Source of the DNA: Armatimonadota bacterium
GTDB lineage: Bacteria > Armatimonadota > Fimbriimonadia > Fimbriimonadales > GBS-DC
Reading direction: 5' to 3'
DNA length: 64,000 nucleotides
NCBI GenBank assembly: GCA_037444405.1
Contig: JBBIML010000017.1
Location: 1-64,000 of the forward strand
Shown piece after piece: positions 10,171-20,020 of this stretch. Each line of letters starts with the position of its first letter. The first letter of the stretch is position 1. Position numbers and translations under genes: made by a program. Below the pieces are notes generated by a model. The model was not told the origin of the DNA. It was given only the letters and a program-made list of their open reading frames with translations, and made no database searches.

Positions 10171-12780
10171 TCAGGCACAGCCCTCCCCAAACGCGAACAG
10201 CACAATCAGCAGGTCGGCGTCGTCCACAACGCCATCGCCGTTCACATCTTCGGGCAGCCCGCTGCCCGTTTGACCGAAGGCGAACAGCACGGCCAGCAGG
10301 TCGGCATCGTCCACGCAGCCGTCGCGGTCAACATCGCCTGCAGGCGTGAGCGGCAGCCGGATGCGCCACATGCCGCGCCCATAGGTCGCTGCCATCAGGT
10401 AGCCCGTGCCCGGCACCACCTTCAGCGTGTTGACCTGCACATTGGGCAGCCCCAGCGGCGCGGTGCCGTTGTGCCATGTCGCGCCGCCGTCCAGCGTGTA
10501 GAACATGCCGATGTCCGTGCCCACATAGAGGATTCTGTCGGGCGCGGAGGGATCGATCGCCAGCGTATTGGCATGGATATCGGGCAACGCCGCGCTACCC
10601 GACCCGCTGATGTTCACCCACTGCACGGGGTTCGCCAGCGTGTTGTCGCAACGCCATACATGGGGCGCGCCCGTGCCGCCCAGCGCCACATAGATTTTGT
10701 AAGGGTTATTCGGATGCACCGCAATCGCCGTGATGGCGCGGTTGGGCAGGGACGGGTTGCCCGCGTTGATCTGTCGCCAGTTGCTGCCGCCGTTCGTGGT
10801 CATCCACAGCTCGCCCCGATTGGGATTGGAACCCGTGTAGATGACATTCGCGTTGCTGGGCGCGCCCGCGATGGAGATGACCACGCCGTTCGCCGAGAGC
10901 TGCTGATTGCCCAGTCGCGCCGTCCATGTGCGCGTGGTCTCGTCCCAGCGCCAGAGGTAGTTCGTGCCCGCCAGCAGATAGCTGGGCTGGGCAGGATGGA
11001 TGGCAATTGGCGCGATAAAAGCGACGCGGTCGCTTCCAATATCGGGGCTGATGTTGCTGGAGCTGCTCCAGTTGCTGGTGGTGCGCAAAACGCCCAGATT
11101 TTGATAGGTAGCGTACTGGATGTTCGGATTGACGGGGTTATAGGCGCAGTAGCCGCCGTCGCCGCCGCCCACATTGCGCCAGCTGTTGAGGTTGCCGTTC
11201 GCGCTCGGCGTGGAGTTGTCCTGTGCGCCGCCCAGCATCCGATTCGGGTCGGTCGGATGGAAGTCGGCGGCATAGAACTGGGTGATGCCCAGATTCGCGT
11301 TCAGGCTGGTATAGGAGACCGTGCCGGTGCTGGGGTTATAAACCAGCCGGTAGACGCCGCCGTCGTTGCCCGCCAGTGCTTCGTTCGGGTTGCGCGGGTT
11401 AATCGCGAAGGCGTGCTGGTCCACATGGATCAGCGCGCTTTCGGTGAAACCGTATGCGATGGAGCGCCATGTGCCCGTGCCGGTGCGCTGAACCAGATCC
11501 ACCAGTCCCAGATAGATCACATCGTTGCCGGTGTTATCCCGCGACACATGCAGGTGCGCGTCGTACCACGACTGGTAGAAACCACCATCTTCGGTCGGGT
11601 TGAGGGCGGTCCAGGAGTTGCCGGCGTTATCGCTGCGCCATACCTGCGAGGCGTTGCCCGACATCAGATAGACGCGATTGGGATTGGTGGGCGAGGCAGC
11701 GATGCGAAGCGCACGCTGGTTGCCCGGGAAGGGTGGGGTCAGCACTGTCCAGGTGGCGCCGCGGTCGCTGGAGCGCAGAACCCGCCCCGGATTGCCGTGC
11801 CCCACCGCATAGTAGTAGCGGATGCCGGTGCTGGGATCGCGTGCCCCCATCGCCATATCGCTCCAGATTGCGCTCACAGGGTTCACCTGCGTCCATGTCG
11901 CGCCACCATCGGTGGAACGCCAGATTTCGCCCAGCACATTCTGATAGGGACCCCAGCCTGTGCAGGCGACGATAATATCCGGGTTTTCGGGGTCAATCAG
12001 GATATCGGAGACGCACTTGTAGCCGAACTGGGCGGCGCCGATGCTCTGCCAGGTCTGCCCGCCATCGGTCGACTTCATAATGCCGATGGAGAAAGGTCGC
12101 ATCCAGCCCTGGAAATCGCCCGTGCCCACATAGATGATGTCGGGGTTCGTCGGGTGGATGGCGATGCAGGCGACCTGCAGGAACTGCCAGCTGTCGCCGA
12201 GCGGTTGCCAGGTGGCACCGAAGTCGGTGCTGCGCCACAGCCCGCCCTGCGGCGCGCCCATGTAATAGACGCCCTCCTGAGTCGGGTGATACGCCAGCGC
12301 GTTCACCCGCCCTGTGACGGGCGGGAGACCGAAATAGGTGCGGTACGGCACGCCCAGATTGCGCGGTCCGACAAACTCCCAGCGAGGTCCAGAGGCGGGG
12401 GCAAAGTCGGTCATCGCGTCGCGATGCTCGGCGGCGCGAATGTACGCCATCCAGTCCACCGAAGCATAGGGGTAGGCGCGCAGCTCCAGATAGAAGAGCA
12501 ACGCCTCCAGATATTCGGTGGCTTCTTCGAGCTTGTGGCGCTGCGCGGCGGTTAACTTCACACCGCGCTTCTCCAGCGTTCGCAGGTGCTGTTTCGCCTG
12601 CGCCTTCTCTTTTTGCACCCAGCGTTTCAGCCCGCGAATCGAGTAAAGCGGCGGCTGCGCTTCGATTCGTCGGTGCAAAACGCACTTTGACTTGGCTGTC
12701 GCGCTGGCTTGCGGTAGCGCAGGCATCAGCGCCTGAATCAGCAACCATGCAATCAACCCGAAACGGATTGCATATCTCAT
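10171..12780 (-). CDS. Secreted BNR/Asp-box beta-propeller protein with C-terminal dockerin-like repeat
   Basis: Repeated S-x-D-x-G-x-T-W boxes; ATYGRGMW; twin GDVDRDGCVDDADLL / DVNGDGVVDDADLL repeats. Confidence 0.85.
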   Translation of the reverse strand: MRYAIRFGLIAWLLIQALMPALPQASATAKSKCVLHRRIEAQPPLYSIRGLKRWVQKEKAQAKQHLRTLEKRGVKLTAAQRHKLEEATEYLEALLFYLELRAYPYASVDWMAYIRAAEHRDAMTDFAPASGPRWEFVGPRNLGVPYRTYFGLPPVTGRVNALAYHPTQEGVYYMGAPQGGLWRSTDFGATWQPLGDSWQFLQVACIAIHPTNPDIIYVGTGDFQGWMRPFSIGIMKSTDGGQTWQSIGAAQFGYKCVSDILIDPENPDIIVACTGWGPYQNVLGEIWRSTDGGATWTQVNPVSAIWSDMAMGARDPSTGIRYYYAVGHGNPGRVLRSSDRGATWTVLTPPFPGNQRALRIAASPTNPNRVYLMSGNASQVWRSDNAGNSWTALNPTEDGGFYQSWYDAHLHVSRDNTGNDVIYLGLVDLVQRTGTGTWRSIAYGFTESALIHVDQHAFAINPRNPNEALAGNDGGVYRLVYNPSTGTVSYTSLNANLGITQFYAADFHPTDPNRMLGGAQDNSTPSANGNLNSWRNVGGGDGGYCAYNPVNPNIQYATYQNLGVLRTTSNWSSSSNISPDIGSDRVAFIAPIAIHPAQPSYLLAGTNYLWRWDETTRTWTARLGNQQLSANGVVISIAGAPSNANVIYTGSNPNRGELWMTTNGGSNWRQINAGNPSLPNRAITAIAVHPNNPYKIYVALGGTGAPHVWRCDNTLANPVQWVNISGSGSAALPDIHANTLAIDPSAPDRILYVGTDIGMFYTLDGGATWHNGTAPLGLPNVQVNTLKVVPGTGYLMAATYGRGMWRIRLPLTPAGDVDRDGCVDDADLLAVLFAFGQTGSGLPEDVNGDGVVDDADLLIVLFAFGEGCA

Positions 12781-12798
12781 TTCAACCCTCCATCTGTT

Positions 12799-13479
12799 TC
12801 ATTCTACACCGGGCAGACGGCGATTGCGAGCAGCCGCGCTCAGCGGCGCGTCGAGGATCGCGTACACCCACACGATAAACAGCGCAAGCGTAATCAGCAG
12901 GTGCGCCTGACTGATGTCGCCGCGCATGCGCGACGGGTTCACAACAAACGCGATCATGTTCTCCAGCGCGGTCTTCGCATCGCCAATCAGCATGAACAGC
13001 GACAGTCCAGCGAGCATGATGCCCAGCAGGATACCACCTTTGACGATCTGACCGTTGTAAAGTTGCCCCAATCCGGGCATCACGAGCGAGAGCAGGAACG
13101 CCAGCGCGGGCTGGCGCGGGGGACCGAGTTCCTCTTCGGGCAGTTTGCCCTCGATGGCTTGCTGCCACAGCTGGAACTGCTCCTGCTGGCTGGTGAGCGC
13201 CAGCACGGTCTGGGCATATTTGCGTTCGATGGCGGGGTTATCGGGCGCCAGCTCGTGGGCGCGTTTGTAGGCGTCGTGTGCGCCCTGCATATCGCCCGCC
13301 TGCTGACGCAGGTCGCCCAGCATCGCCCACACATCGGCGTCGTCGGGCATCAGCTCCAGCGCCTGCTGAACCGACGCGCTGGCGTCCTCCAGTTGCCCGC
13401 GCATCTTCTGCAGGTTCGCCTGCCGCAGCAGGCGCTCCACCTCATCACCCTTCGGGTCCAGCTCCGAATCGGGTTTCAT
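12799..13479 (-). CDS. TPR-containing membrane protein
   Basis: TPR helices, then LSLVMPGLGQLYNGQ and transmembrane segments. Confidence 0.75.
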   Translation of the reverse strand: MKPDSELDPKGDEVERLLRQANLQKMRGQLEDASASVQQALELMPDDADVWAMLGDLRQQAGDMQGAHDAYKRAHELAPDNPAIERKYAQTVLALTSQQEQFQLWQQAIEGKLPEEELGPPRQPALAFLLSLVMPGLGQLYNGQIVKGGILLGIMLAGLSLFMLIGDAKTALENMIAFVVNPSRMRGDISQAHLLITLALFIVWVYAILDAPLSAAARNRRLPGVE

Positions 13480-13832
13480 GGTTTGCGCTCTCGCAGGCTT
13501 TCGATGAGAGGGGCGTTCTGCCAGAAGGTCTCCAGCCCGTAGTAGTCGCGCTGCTCCTGACGCATAATGTGGGCAATCACATCGCCATAATCGAGCAGCA
13601 CCCAGGTGGCTTCGCGATAGCCCTCGACCCGCTCGGCACGCTCGCCCAGCTCGCGCAACTGGTCCTGAATCCGGTCAGCGATGGAACGGATATGCACATC
13701 GGAGTTGCCACTGCACACCACGAAGTAGTCGGCAATCAGCGTCTTGCTGCGCAAATCGAGACAGCTGATCCGCTCGGCTTTGGCATCTTCCGCCGCGCGG
13801 ATGACCGCCTGCAACTTCTGTTCGGTCGTCAT
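13476..13832 (-). CDS. rsfS: Ribosome silencing factor
   Basis: ADYFVVCSG, WVLLDYGDVIAHI and YYGLETFW motifs. Confidence 0.95.
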   Translation of the reverse strand: MTTEQKLQAVIRAAEDAKAERISCLDLRSKTLIADYFVVCSGNSDVHIRSIADRIQDQLRELGERAERVEGYREATWVLLDYGDVIAHIMRQEQRDYYGLETFWQNAPLIESLRERKP

Positions 13833-13846
13833 TCCTGTTGCTCCCG

Positions 13847-14470
13847 TTATTTCGCCTCCCCGTAGAGATGGTGCGTCTGGATATATTCTATCACATTGTC
13901 AGGCGTTAAGTAGCGCAGGGTTCCGCCGGTGCGTGTTAGTTCCCGCAGTCGGGTGGCGCTGATGTCGAGCGCAGTCGACGGAATCAGACGCACGGCGCGT
14001 CGGATGGCTTCGGGCAGGCGGTTCAGGATTGGCTCAGGCGTGTAGCCGGGGCGCGCGCCGACCAGCAGGGTGCAGAGTCGGACGATTTCGAGCGGCTCGC
14101 GCCACTGCTCAAAGCTCGCCAGGCTGTCCAGCCCCATAATCAGGAACAGTTGCGCATCGGGATATTGCTCGCTCAACTGGCGCACGGTGTCGACGGTGTA
14201 GGAGACGCCGCCCCGCGCGATTTCGAGGTCGGACACAGTGAAGGCTGGGTTGCTGCTGATGGCGAGGCGCACCATCTCCAGCCGATGGTGGGCGTCGCTG
14301 AGCGGGCGGTCGGGTTTGAAAGGCGAGCGGGCAGCGGGTATGAAAATTACCTGCTCCAGCCTGGCGGCTGCACGCGCCTCCTCCGCCAGCCGCAGATGAC
14401 CGTAATGCACAGGGTCAAATGTGCCCCCCAGCAACCCGATTCGTGCCGCCCTCCGCGCCACATCCCTCAC
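13847..14470 (-). CDS. nadD: Nicotinate-nucleotide adenylyltransferase
   Basis: GGTFDPVHYGH, SYTVDT and ISAT motifs. Confidence 0.95.
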   Translation of the reverse strand: MRDVARRAARIGLLGGTFDPVHYGHLRLAEEARAAARLEQVIFIPAARSPFKPDRPLSDAHHRLEMVRLAISSNPAFTVSDLEIARGGVSYTVDTVRQLSEQYPDAQLFLIMGLDSLASFEQWREPLEIVRLCTLLVGARPGYTPEPILNRLPEAIRRAVRLIPSTALDISATRLRELTRTGGTLRYLTPDNVIEYIQTHHLYGEAK

Positions 14471-14499
14471 GATACTGCCTGCTAACGGCGATTCCTGCC

Positions 14500-14934
14500 C
14501 TATTTGCTGGGGTAAGGCTCATCGGGCAGGGCTTCTTCGAGAGTATGCCATGGCAGGGTGGCGCATTTGACGCGCACGGGGAACTGGCTCACCCCGGACA
14601 GCGCGCTCAGGTCGCCCATCTCCTCATAATCGGGTTCTATCTCGCCGCGCAACATGGCGTACACCTTCTGAATGAGTTCACGCACCTCGTCCAGCGTTTT
14701 GCCCCTGACCGCCTCCACCAGCATCGAGGCAGACGCTTGACTGATGGAGCAGCCGCGTCCGTCGAAGCGAATATCGCTGATGCGCCCATCCTCCACACGC
14801 AGTTCGATAATCACCTCATCGCCGCAGAGCGGGTTCGCGCCCTCGTGGTGAATCTTGGGGTCGTCCAGTCTGCCCCGCCCGCGCGGATGGCGATAGTGAT
14901 CCAGAATCGTATCCCGATACAAATCGCTGACCAT
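14500..14934 (-). CDS. sufU: SUF system NifU-family scaffold
   Basis: NPLCGD, GCSISQAS and RVKCATLPW motifs. Confidence 0.95.
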   Translation of the reverse strand: MVSDLYRDTILDHYRHPRGRGRLDDPKIHHEGANPLCGDEVIIELRVEDGRISDIRFDGRGCSISQASASMLVEAVRGKTLDEVRELIQKVYAMLRGEIEPDYEEMGDLSALSGVSQFPVRVKCATLPWHTLEEALPDEPYPSK

Positions 14935-14952
14935 AGACCGTTCACTCCATCT

Positions 14953-16188
14953 TCAGTATCCGAACACCTGACGCACATAATACAGCCCCTCAATGAGGGC
15001 GTCGATGTGGTCGGTGTCGTTGTAGACGGCGAGGCTGGCGCGCGCGGTGGCGGGCACGCCGAGCCGATCGCCCAGCGGATGCGCACAGTGATGCCCCGAC
15101 CGAATCGCGATATCGCGTGAATCCAGCACGGTGGCGATGTCATGGGGGTGGATGTCTTCCAGCGTGAAGGCGAAGATGCCTGCGCGATCGGGTTGCGGAC
15201 CGTAGAGGCGCAGTCCGGGCACCTCCTGCAGGCGCTGGAGCGTGTATTGCGTGAGCGCGTGTTCCTGCGCGGCGATGCGCTCGCGCCCGATGGAATCGAT
15301 AAAATCGAGCGCGGCGTGCAGCCCGACGGCTTCGGCAATCGCGGGCGTGCCCGCCTCGAACCGTGCCGGTATATCCGCCCAGGTAACCTCGTCCCAACTC
15401 ACTCGGCGAATCATGCCGCCGCCCGTCTGATAGGGCGGCATCGACTCCAGCAGTGCGCGCCTGCCGTATAGAACGCCGATTCCTGTCGGTCCGTAGGCTT
15501 TGTGCGCCGAGAACGCCAGAAAATCGCAGTCGATCTGCTGCACATCGAGGGGCAGATGCGCCGCGCTCTGGGCGGCGTCCACCAGGCAGAGTGCGCCCGC
15601 CTCATGCGCGACCCGGCAGATGTCGGCAACGGGATTGATCGTGCCCAGCACATTGGAGATATGCACGACGGCGACCATGCGCGTGCGTTCGGTCAGCAGG
15701 CGGCGCAGCTCCTCTAAATCGAGGCGCCCGTCGTCGGTGATGCGCCACACGACGATGCGCGCCCCCTTCGCGCGGGCAATCTGTATCCATGGCAGGATGT
15801 TCGCGTGATGCTCCATCTCGGAGACGATAATCTCGTCGCCCTCGCGCAGGGTGCTGCCCCAGCTCGCCGCGACCAGATTGATGCTCTCGGTGGTGCCGCG
15901 CGTGAAGATAATCTCGGCAGGCTCGCGCGCGTTGATGAATTGCGCGACGCGCTCGCGGGCGGCTTCGAACAGCTCCGACGCCTTCGCGCCGACGCCATAC
16001 GCGCCCCGATGCACATTCGCGTTATGGTGCGCGTAAAAGTTGGTCAGCGCGTCCAGCACGCTATATGGCTTCTGCGTGGTCGCCGCGTTATCCAGATAGA
16101 TAAGGCTGCGCATTTCGGGATGCGGCTGGAAGAAGGGGAACTGCCGCCGCAGCTTGTGCGCATCTAACACCGTCGGTATCGTCGCCAT
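14953..16188 (-). CDS. sufS: Cysteine desulfurase
   Basis: YLDNAATTQKP, SAHK and RSGHHCA motifs; start at MATIPT after a GGAG RBS. Confidence 0.95.
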   Translation of the reverse strand: MATIPTVLDAHKLRRQFPFFQPHPEMRSLIYLDNAATTQKPYSVLDALTNFYAHHNANVHRGAYGVGAKASELFEAARERVAQFINAREPAEIIFTRGTTESINLVAASWGSTLREGDEIIVSEMEHHANILPWIQIARAKGARIVVWRITDDGRLDLEELRRLLTERTRMVAVVHISNVLGTINPVADICRVAHEAGALCLVDAAQSAAHLPLDVQQIDCDFLAFSAHKAYGPTGIGVLYGRRALLESMPPYQTGGGMIRRVSWDEVTWADIPARFEAGTPAIAEAVGLHAALDFIDSIGRERIAAQEHALTQYTLQRLQEVPGLRLYGPQPDRAGIFAFTLEDIHPHDIATVLDSRDIAIRSGHHCAHPLGDRLGVPATARASLAVYNDTDHIDALIEGLYYVRQVFGY

Positions 16189-16202
16189 CGCCGTGTCTCC
16201 GC

Positions 16203-16526
16203 CTATAATTGTACCCACACCGAGCCGTCTTCCACTTTGACGGGGAAGGTTTTGATGGGGCGGATGGCGGGCAGCCCGCGCGCCTGACCCGTGTGCGGGT
16301 CGAACTTCGCGCCGTGATGGGGACACTCCAGCAGACCCTTGAAAATGCGCCCCGGGATGCCGTCGGCGTCCGACAGGGGCTGATTCTCGTGCGAGCAGCG
16401 ATCCAGCACGGCGAAGTAGCCCTTCTCGGTGCGCCCGATTAGAATCGGCACGCCCTCCAGCTTCACCGTGCGCAGCTCGCCTACTTTCAGCTCGTCCGGT
16501 ATCGCTCGATGCCACATCGCGCTCAC
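16203..16526 (-). CDS. Rieske [2Fe-2S] ferredoxin
   Basis: CSH...CPHH motif. Confidence 0.9.
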   Translation of the reverse strand: MSAMWHRAIPDELKVGELRTVKLEGVPILIGRTEKGYFAVLDRCSHENQPLSDADGIPGRIFKGLLECPHHGAKFDPHTGQARGLPAIRPIKTFPVKVEDGSVWVQL

Positions 16527-17881
16527 TCCTCGCTCAGCTCCGCCAGGTCCATAAAGTAGCGGGGCGCGTTGCCTTTGAGCTTGGACGCCAGCAGCCGCTG
16601 GATGGAGAGTCGCAAATCGGTGGGCTTGATTTCGCGCAGAACCTGCTCAAAGAAGCCCATCACGATGACCGCTTCGGCGGTGGCGGAGTCCAGCCCGCGC
16701 GAGCGCAGGTAGAACAGCTCGTCGGGCTGAACGGGACCGACCGTCGCGCCGTGCGTGCAGCGCACCTCGTTCGCGCCTATCTCCAGATTGGGAATGGAGT
16801 GCGCCCGCGCCTGATCGCTGAGCAACAGATTGCGGTTCGCCTGATAAGCATCGGTGTGCTGGGCGCCCTGATACACCCGTATCATGCCCGAGAAGACCGA
16901 CTGCGCCTCGTCGTCCAGCACGCCCTTGTAGAGCAGGTCGCTCGTGGTGTTGCCCACGCGGTGATCCTGCAGGGTGCGAAAATCGAGATGCTGGGTTTTA
17001 TCGCCGAAGAAGAGTCCGAGCGGTCGCGCCTCTGCGCCCTGACCGTTCATCAGATGCTGCAGCACGGTGCGGGCAAGTTTGCCGCCCAGACCCACCGTGA
17101 GCGACAGCACGCGACTATCGCGCTGCTGTTCGTAATCGACGCTGGTGATGAAAACCGTCTCGCGCCCCATGCGTTGCATCAGCGTATGGCGCAGCTGGCT
17201 ATTGGGCGCACAGAACACCTCCACCGCACCGAGGCATACCATCGGCACGCCTTCGGGTGAGAAGAACGACTGCACAACATTCGCCGCGCTGCTCTCTTCC
17301 AGCGCGATCAGCGTGTGGGGGAAGTGCGCGCCGGGCGTTTCGAACCAGTGGATAATCTCAATCACGCCCGACACTTCGAGATTGCGCGGGATGAACAGAT
17401 ACAGCCCGCTATCCCACGCGGCGGTGTGCAGCACCGAGAACTTGTCGCCGGGGATGGGCGCGAGGCGTCCCAGATCGGCTTCGAGCCGTTCGGGTTCGTT
17501 CAGCAGCACCTCGCGCAGGTCGCGCACCTGCACACCGCGCTCGCGCCACTCGTCAGGGATATGTGCCTCAAAGCCGAAGCCCGCGCGGTGATAGACCCGT
17601 ATCGTGGGTCGCTCCACCAGAAAGGGCGGCATCTGCGCGGGTGGGTTCGCAGGCGGCTCGTCCTGCCAGGCAACCGCAGGATAGTCCTCTAAATGGAGCG
17701 TGGTGATGTCGGTGTAGCGCCAGTCTTCCTGTTTGGGCGAGGGCAGCGGCAGTTGCAGGAAGCGTTCGAACGCCTCCAGCCGCCGCTGGATGTGCCAGTC
17801 CGGCTCACCCTGCGCCCGCGCCAGCCGCTCTATCCGTTCGGTGGTCAAACCCGGTGGGGCAATCAGCGTTTCCGTTCGCAT
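16523..17881 (-). CDS. sufD: Fe-S assembly protein SufD
   Basis: EDWRYTD, IPNLEI..NEVRCTHGATVG and FYLRSRG motifs. Confidence 0.9.
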   Translation of the reverse strand: MRTETLIAPPGLTTERIERLARAQGEPDWHIQRRLEAFERFLQLPLPSPKQEDWRYTDITTLHLEDYPAVAWQDEPPANPPAQMPPFLVERPTIRVYHRAGFGFEAHIPDEWRERGVQVRDLREVLLNEPERLEADLGRLAPIPGDKFSVLHTAAWDSGLYLFIPRNLEVSGVIEIIHWFETPGAHFPHTLIALEESSAANVVQSFFSPEGVPMVCLGAVEVFCAPNSQLRHTLMQRMGRETVFITSVDYEQQRDSRVLSLTVGLGGKLARTVLQHLMNGQGAEARPLGLFFGDKTQHLDFRTLQDHRVGNTTSDLLYKGVLDDEAQSVFSGMIRVYQGAQHTDAYQANRNLLLSDQARAHSIPNLEIGANEVRCTHGATVGPVQPDELFYLRSRGLDSATAEAVIVMGFFEQVLREIKPTDLRLSIQRLLASKLKGNAPRYFMDLAELSEE

Positions 17882-17989
17882 TCATTTTCCTCCCAGATGC
17901 TTAGCGTGGCTAAATTATGGCATATTGGCGTCTGGAAAGTCAAGGGGGTGAGCGGCGGTTCGAAAATTCGGGGCATAATATCGAGTGGA

Positions 17990-18640
17990 TTATTCGCGCC
18001 AGATTCGCTCGAAGACCCATGCGGCGCCAGCGGACATCATCAGCGCGTAGCCCAGCACGCCCTGCAATGCGCCCCACACGCTCTGATTGAGCAGGGCAGC
18101 TTTTGTGCCTGCAATCAGCATCAGCAGAAGCGGCAGCAGCAGCGGAAAGGTCAGCACCGCGAGCAGTGGACCCCGTAATGCCGTGCGAGCCACCAGCGCC
18201 CCACACAGGGTCAGCACGCTCACCAGGCAGAACCCACCCAGCAGCCACAGCAGAAGCATGCCCAGCAGGTTGCCCATGGGCGGCGCAATCATGATGGCGT
18301 AAAGGGGCAGCAGCACGAGGCTGATAATCAGATAGAGCGTGGCGTGAAAGAGCCACTTGCCCCAGAAGACCGCGCTGGGGCGTGGTCCCACGCGCAACAG
18401 ATCCGCCGTGCCCGTTTCCTCCTCGGTGATGAAGCCGCGCGCCAGCGCGGGGAACAGTCCGAACAGCAGCGCGAGCCAGAACAGACCCGCCTGAACCCCG
18501 CTCTCCAGCCGCTCGCCCAGCACCGCGAAGCCGATGCCCACCACCGTCACGACACCCATCAGCAGCGAGGCGACTATCCCCTGACGCAGACGCCACTCCT
18601 GAAGCAAGTCTTTGCGCCAGATCGCCACGCTCTCACGCAC
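17990..18640 (-). CDS. ccmB: Heme exporter permease CcmB
   Basis: KDLLQEWR, EEETGT and multiple TM segments; GTG start overlapping the ccmA stop is an estimate. Confidence 0.8.
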   Translation of the reverse strand: MRESVAIWRKDLLQEWRLRQGIVASLLMGVVTVVGIGFAVLGERLESGVQAGLFWLALLFGLFPALARGFITEEETGTADLLRVGPRPSAVFWGKWLFHATLYLIISLVLLPLYAIMIAPPMGNLLGMLLLWLLGGFCLVSVLTLCGALVARTALRGPLLAVLTFPLLLPLLLMLIAGTKAALLNQSVWGALQGVLGYALMMSAGAAWVFERIWRE

Positions 18641-19244
18641 CCATCGCCAGACAGAGGTCGCCCCAGCGCTCTCCGTCCGCGCGATTGGTGGCGAAGACCG
18701 CGATTCCACACGCTCGCTGTTCATCGAGTACCCGCTCAATCAGCTGCAGACCAGCCGCGTCGAGTCCCGCGTCGGGTTCGTCCAGCAGCAGCAGCGGCGG
18801 CTCGCCCAGCGTCGCGATAGCCAGGCGCAGCCGCTGGCGCATGCCTGTCGAATAGGTGCGCACCCGCTCGTGGGCGCGATCTGCCAGTTCGAACCGCTCC
18901 AGATGGGACAGCAACTGCTCCCGTGTGGTGGATAGACCCCGCACCGTCGCCCACCAGTGCAGATGCTCACAGGCGGTCAGCTCGCGATAGAGCGCGCCGT
19001 CGGTGGCGCACCAGCCGAGCCGGCGCGTGCGCTCCGTTAGAACCCGACCGCCATACAGCAGATCGATCTGACCCTCGGTGGGTGCCAGCAGCCCCGCAAT
19101 CAGGCGAATGAAGGTAGTTTTGCCCGAACCGTTCGCGCCACGCACGACCAGCACCGTGCCCTGCGCCACCGTCAGGCTCAGCCCGCGAAACACCCATCGC
19201 TCGCCGAACCGCTTGCCCACCGCCTGACAGCGCAACTCCCACAC
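18633..19244 (-). CDS. ccmA: Heme exporter ABC ATPase CcmA
   Basis: GANGSGKT, YSTGMRQR and LLLDEP; adjacent to ccmB. Confidence 0.8.
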   Translation of the reverse strand: MWELRCQAVGKRFGERWVFRGLSLTVAQGTVLVVRGANGSGKTTFIRLIAGLLAPTEGQIDLLYGGRVLTERTRRLGWCATDGALYRELTACEHLHWWATVRGLSTTREQLLSHLERFELADRAHERVRTYSTGMRQRLRLAIATLGEPPLLLLDEPDAGLDAAGLQLIERVLDEQRACGIAVFATNRADGERWGDLCLAMGA

Positions 19245-19339
19245 ACTTTAGCATACCCTGCCCGATTGCCCATCACAACGGCAGGATTTTTAGCCCGTTT
19301 GGGGTATTATAGAGCAGTCAACCGAATGAGGTGAATGGG

Positions 19340-19795
19340 ATGATACGACTGCTCGATTTTGGGGCACGCACGGAGTACGCGATCCGCGCGCTGGCGCAGT
19401 TAGCGCAGCGCGGCGAGGGCGCGATCGTTACCGTCAAGGAGCTGGCGGAAGAGACGGGTATCTCGGTTCACTTCCTCTACACGATCTTTGACATGCTGAC
19501 ACGGGCGGGGCTGGTGCGGCTCCATCGGGGCGCCCAGCGCGGCTTCTCGCTGACCCGCCCTGCCGACCAGATCAGCTTCTACGACATCCTGCTGGCGATT
19601 GAGGGACCCATCGAGAAGCATCACTGCCTGCTGGATCACCGTGCGCCGTGTCGGTCGGAAACGCCCTGCGCCGCGCACCACCTGTGGCAGAGCCTGCGCG
19701 AGGACGCAGAGCAGGCACTGCGCAGCGTCACCCTCGATAGCATCGTCGCCCAGAACCCACCCTGGCAACGCCTGAAGGAACAGGTCCGCCCCTGA
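19340..19795 (+). CDS. Rrf2-family (IscR-like) regulator with three Cys
   Basis: YAIRAL, RGAQRGFSL and C-x6-C-x5-C-x2-H; divergent from ccm/suf. Confidence 0.88.
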   Translation: MIRLLDFGARTEYAIRALAQLAQRGEGAIVTVKELAEETGISVHFLYTIFDMLTRAGLVRLHRGAQRGFSLTRPADQISFYDILLAIEGPIEKHHCLLDHRAPCRSETPCAAHHLWQSLREDAEQALRSVTLDSIVAQNPPWQRLKEQVRP

Positions 19796-19807
19796 AAACG
19801 CTCCCAC

Positions 19808-19823
19808 TGGCACAAAAGTTGCT
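19808..19823 (+). promoter_or_regulatory. Sigma-54 (-24/-12) promoter
   Basis: TGGCAC-AAAAG-TTGCT, GG-N10-GC spacing. Confidence 0.75.
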
Positions 19824-19954
19824 GCATGCTCTATCGGAAGCAGATGCCTTCATGAAAGGAGAAGGCTGGCTATCCAGAAAACCGACGAAAGGGAGCGAAG
19901 CCGCTGTCTGGGGGCGATTCAGCCCCTGAGTGAAAGGGGTCTGGAGTGGGTGAT

Positions 19955-20008
19955 GGGCGGGGTGCGCATGCGCCCCGCCCCCGAGCTATCCTGGGCAGGA
20001 TGCCCAGG
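19955..20008. repeat. Two GC-rich hairpins (terminator or REP-like)
   Basis: GGGCGGGG...CCCCGCCC and CCTGGGCA-GGA-TGCCCAGG. Confidence 0.55.
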
Positions 20009-20020
20009 CTGCGACCGCCT

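Noticed and set aside
10270..12555. 761-aa antisense ORF and similar long shadow ORFs (e.g. 31726-33012, 50397-51494)
   Set aside because: Expected opposite GC-rich genes with biased codon usage; no recognisable motifs.
19785..19797. 12/13 match between the 5' end of the solitary-repeat spacer and sequence just upstream of the sigma-54 promoter at 19808
   Set aside because: Too short to exceed chance in 64 kb on two strands and it does not extend; revisit only if the PAM fits.
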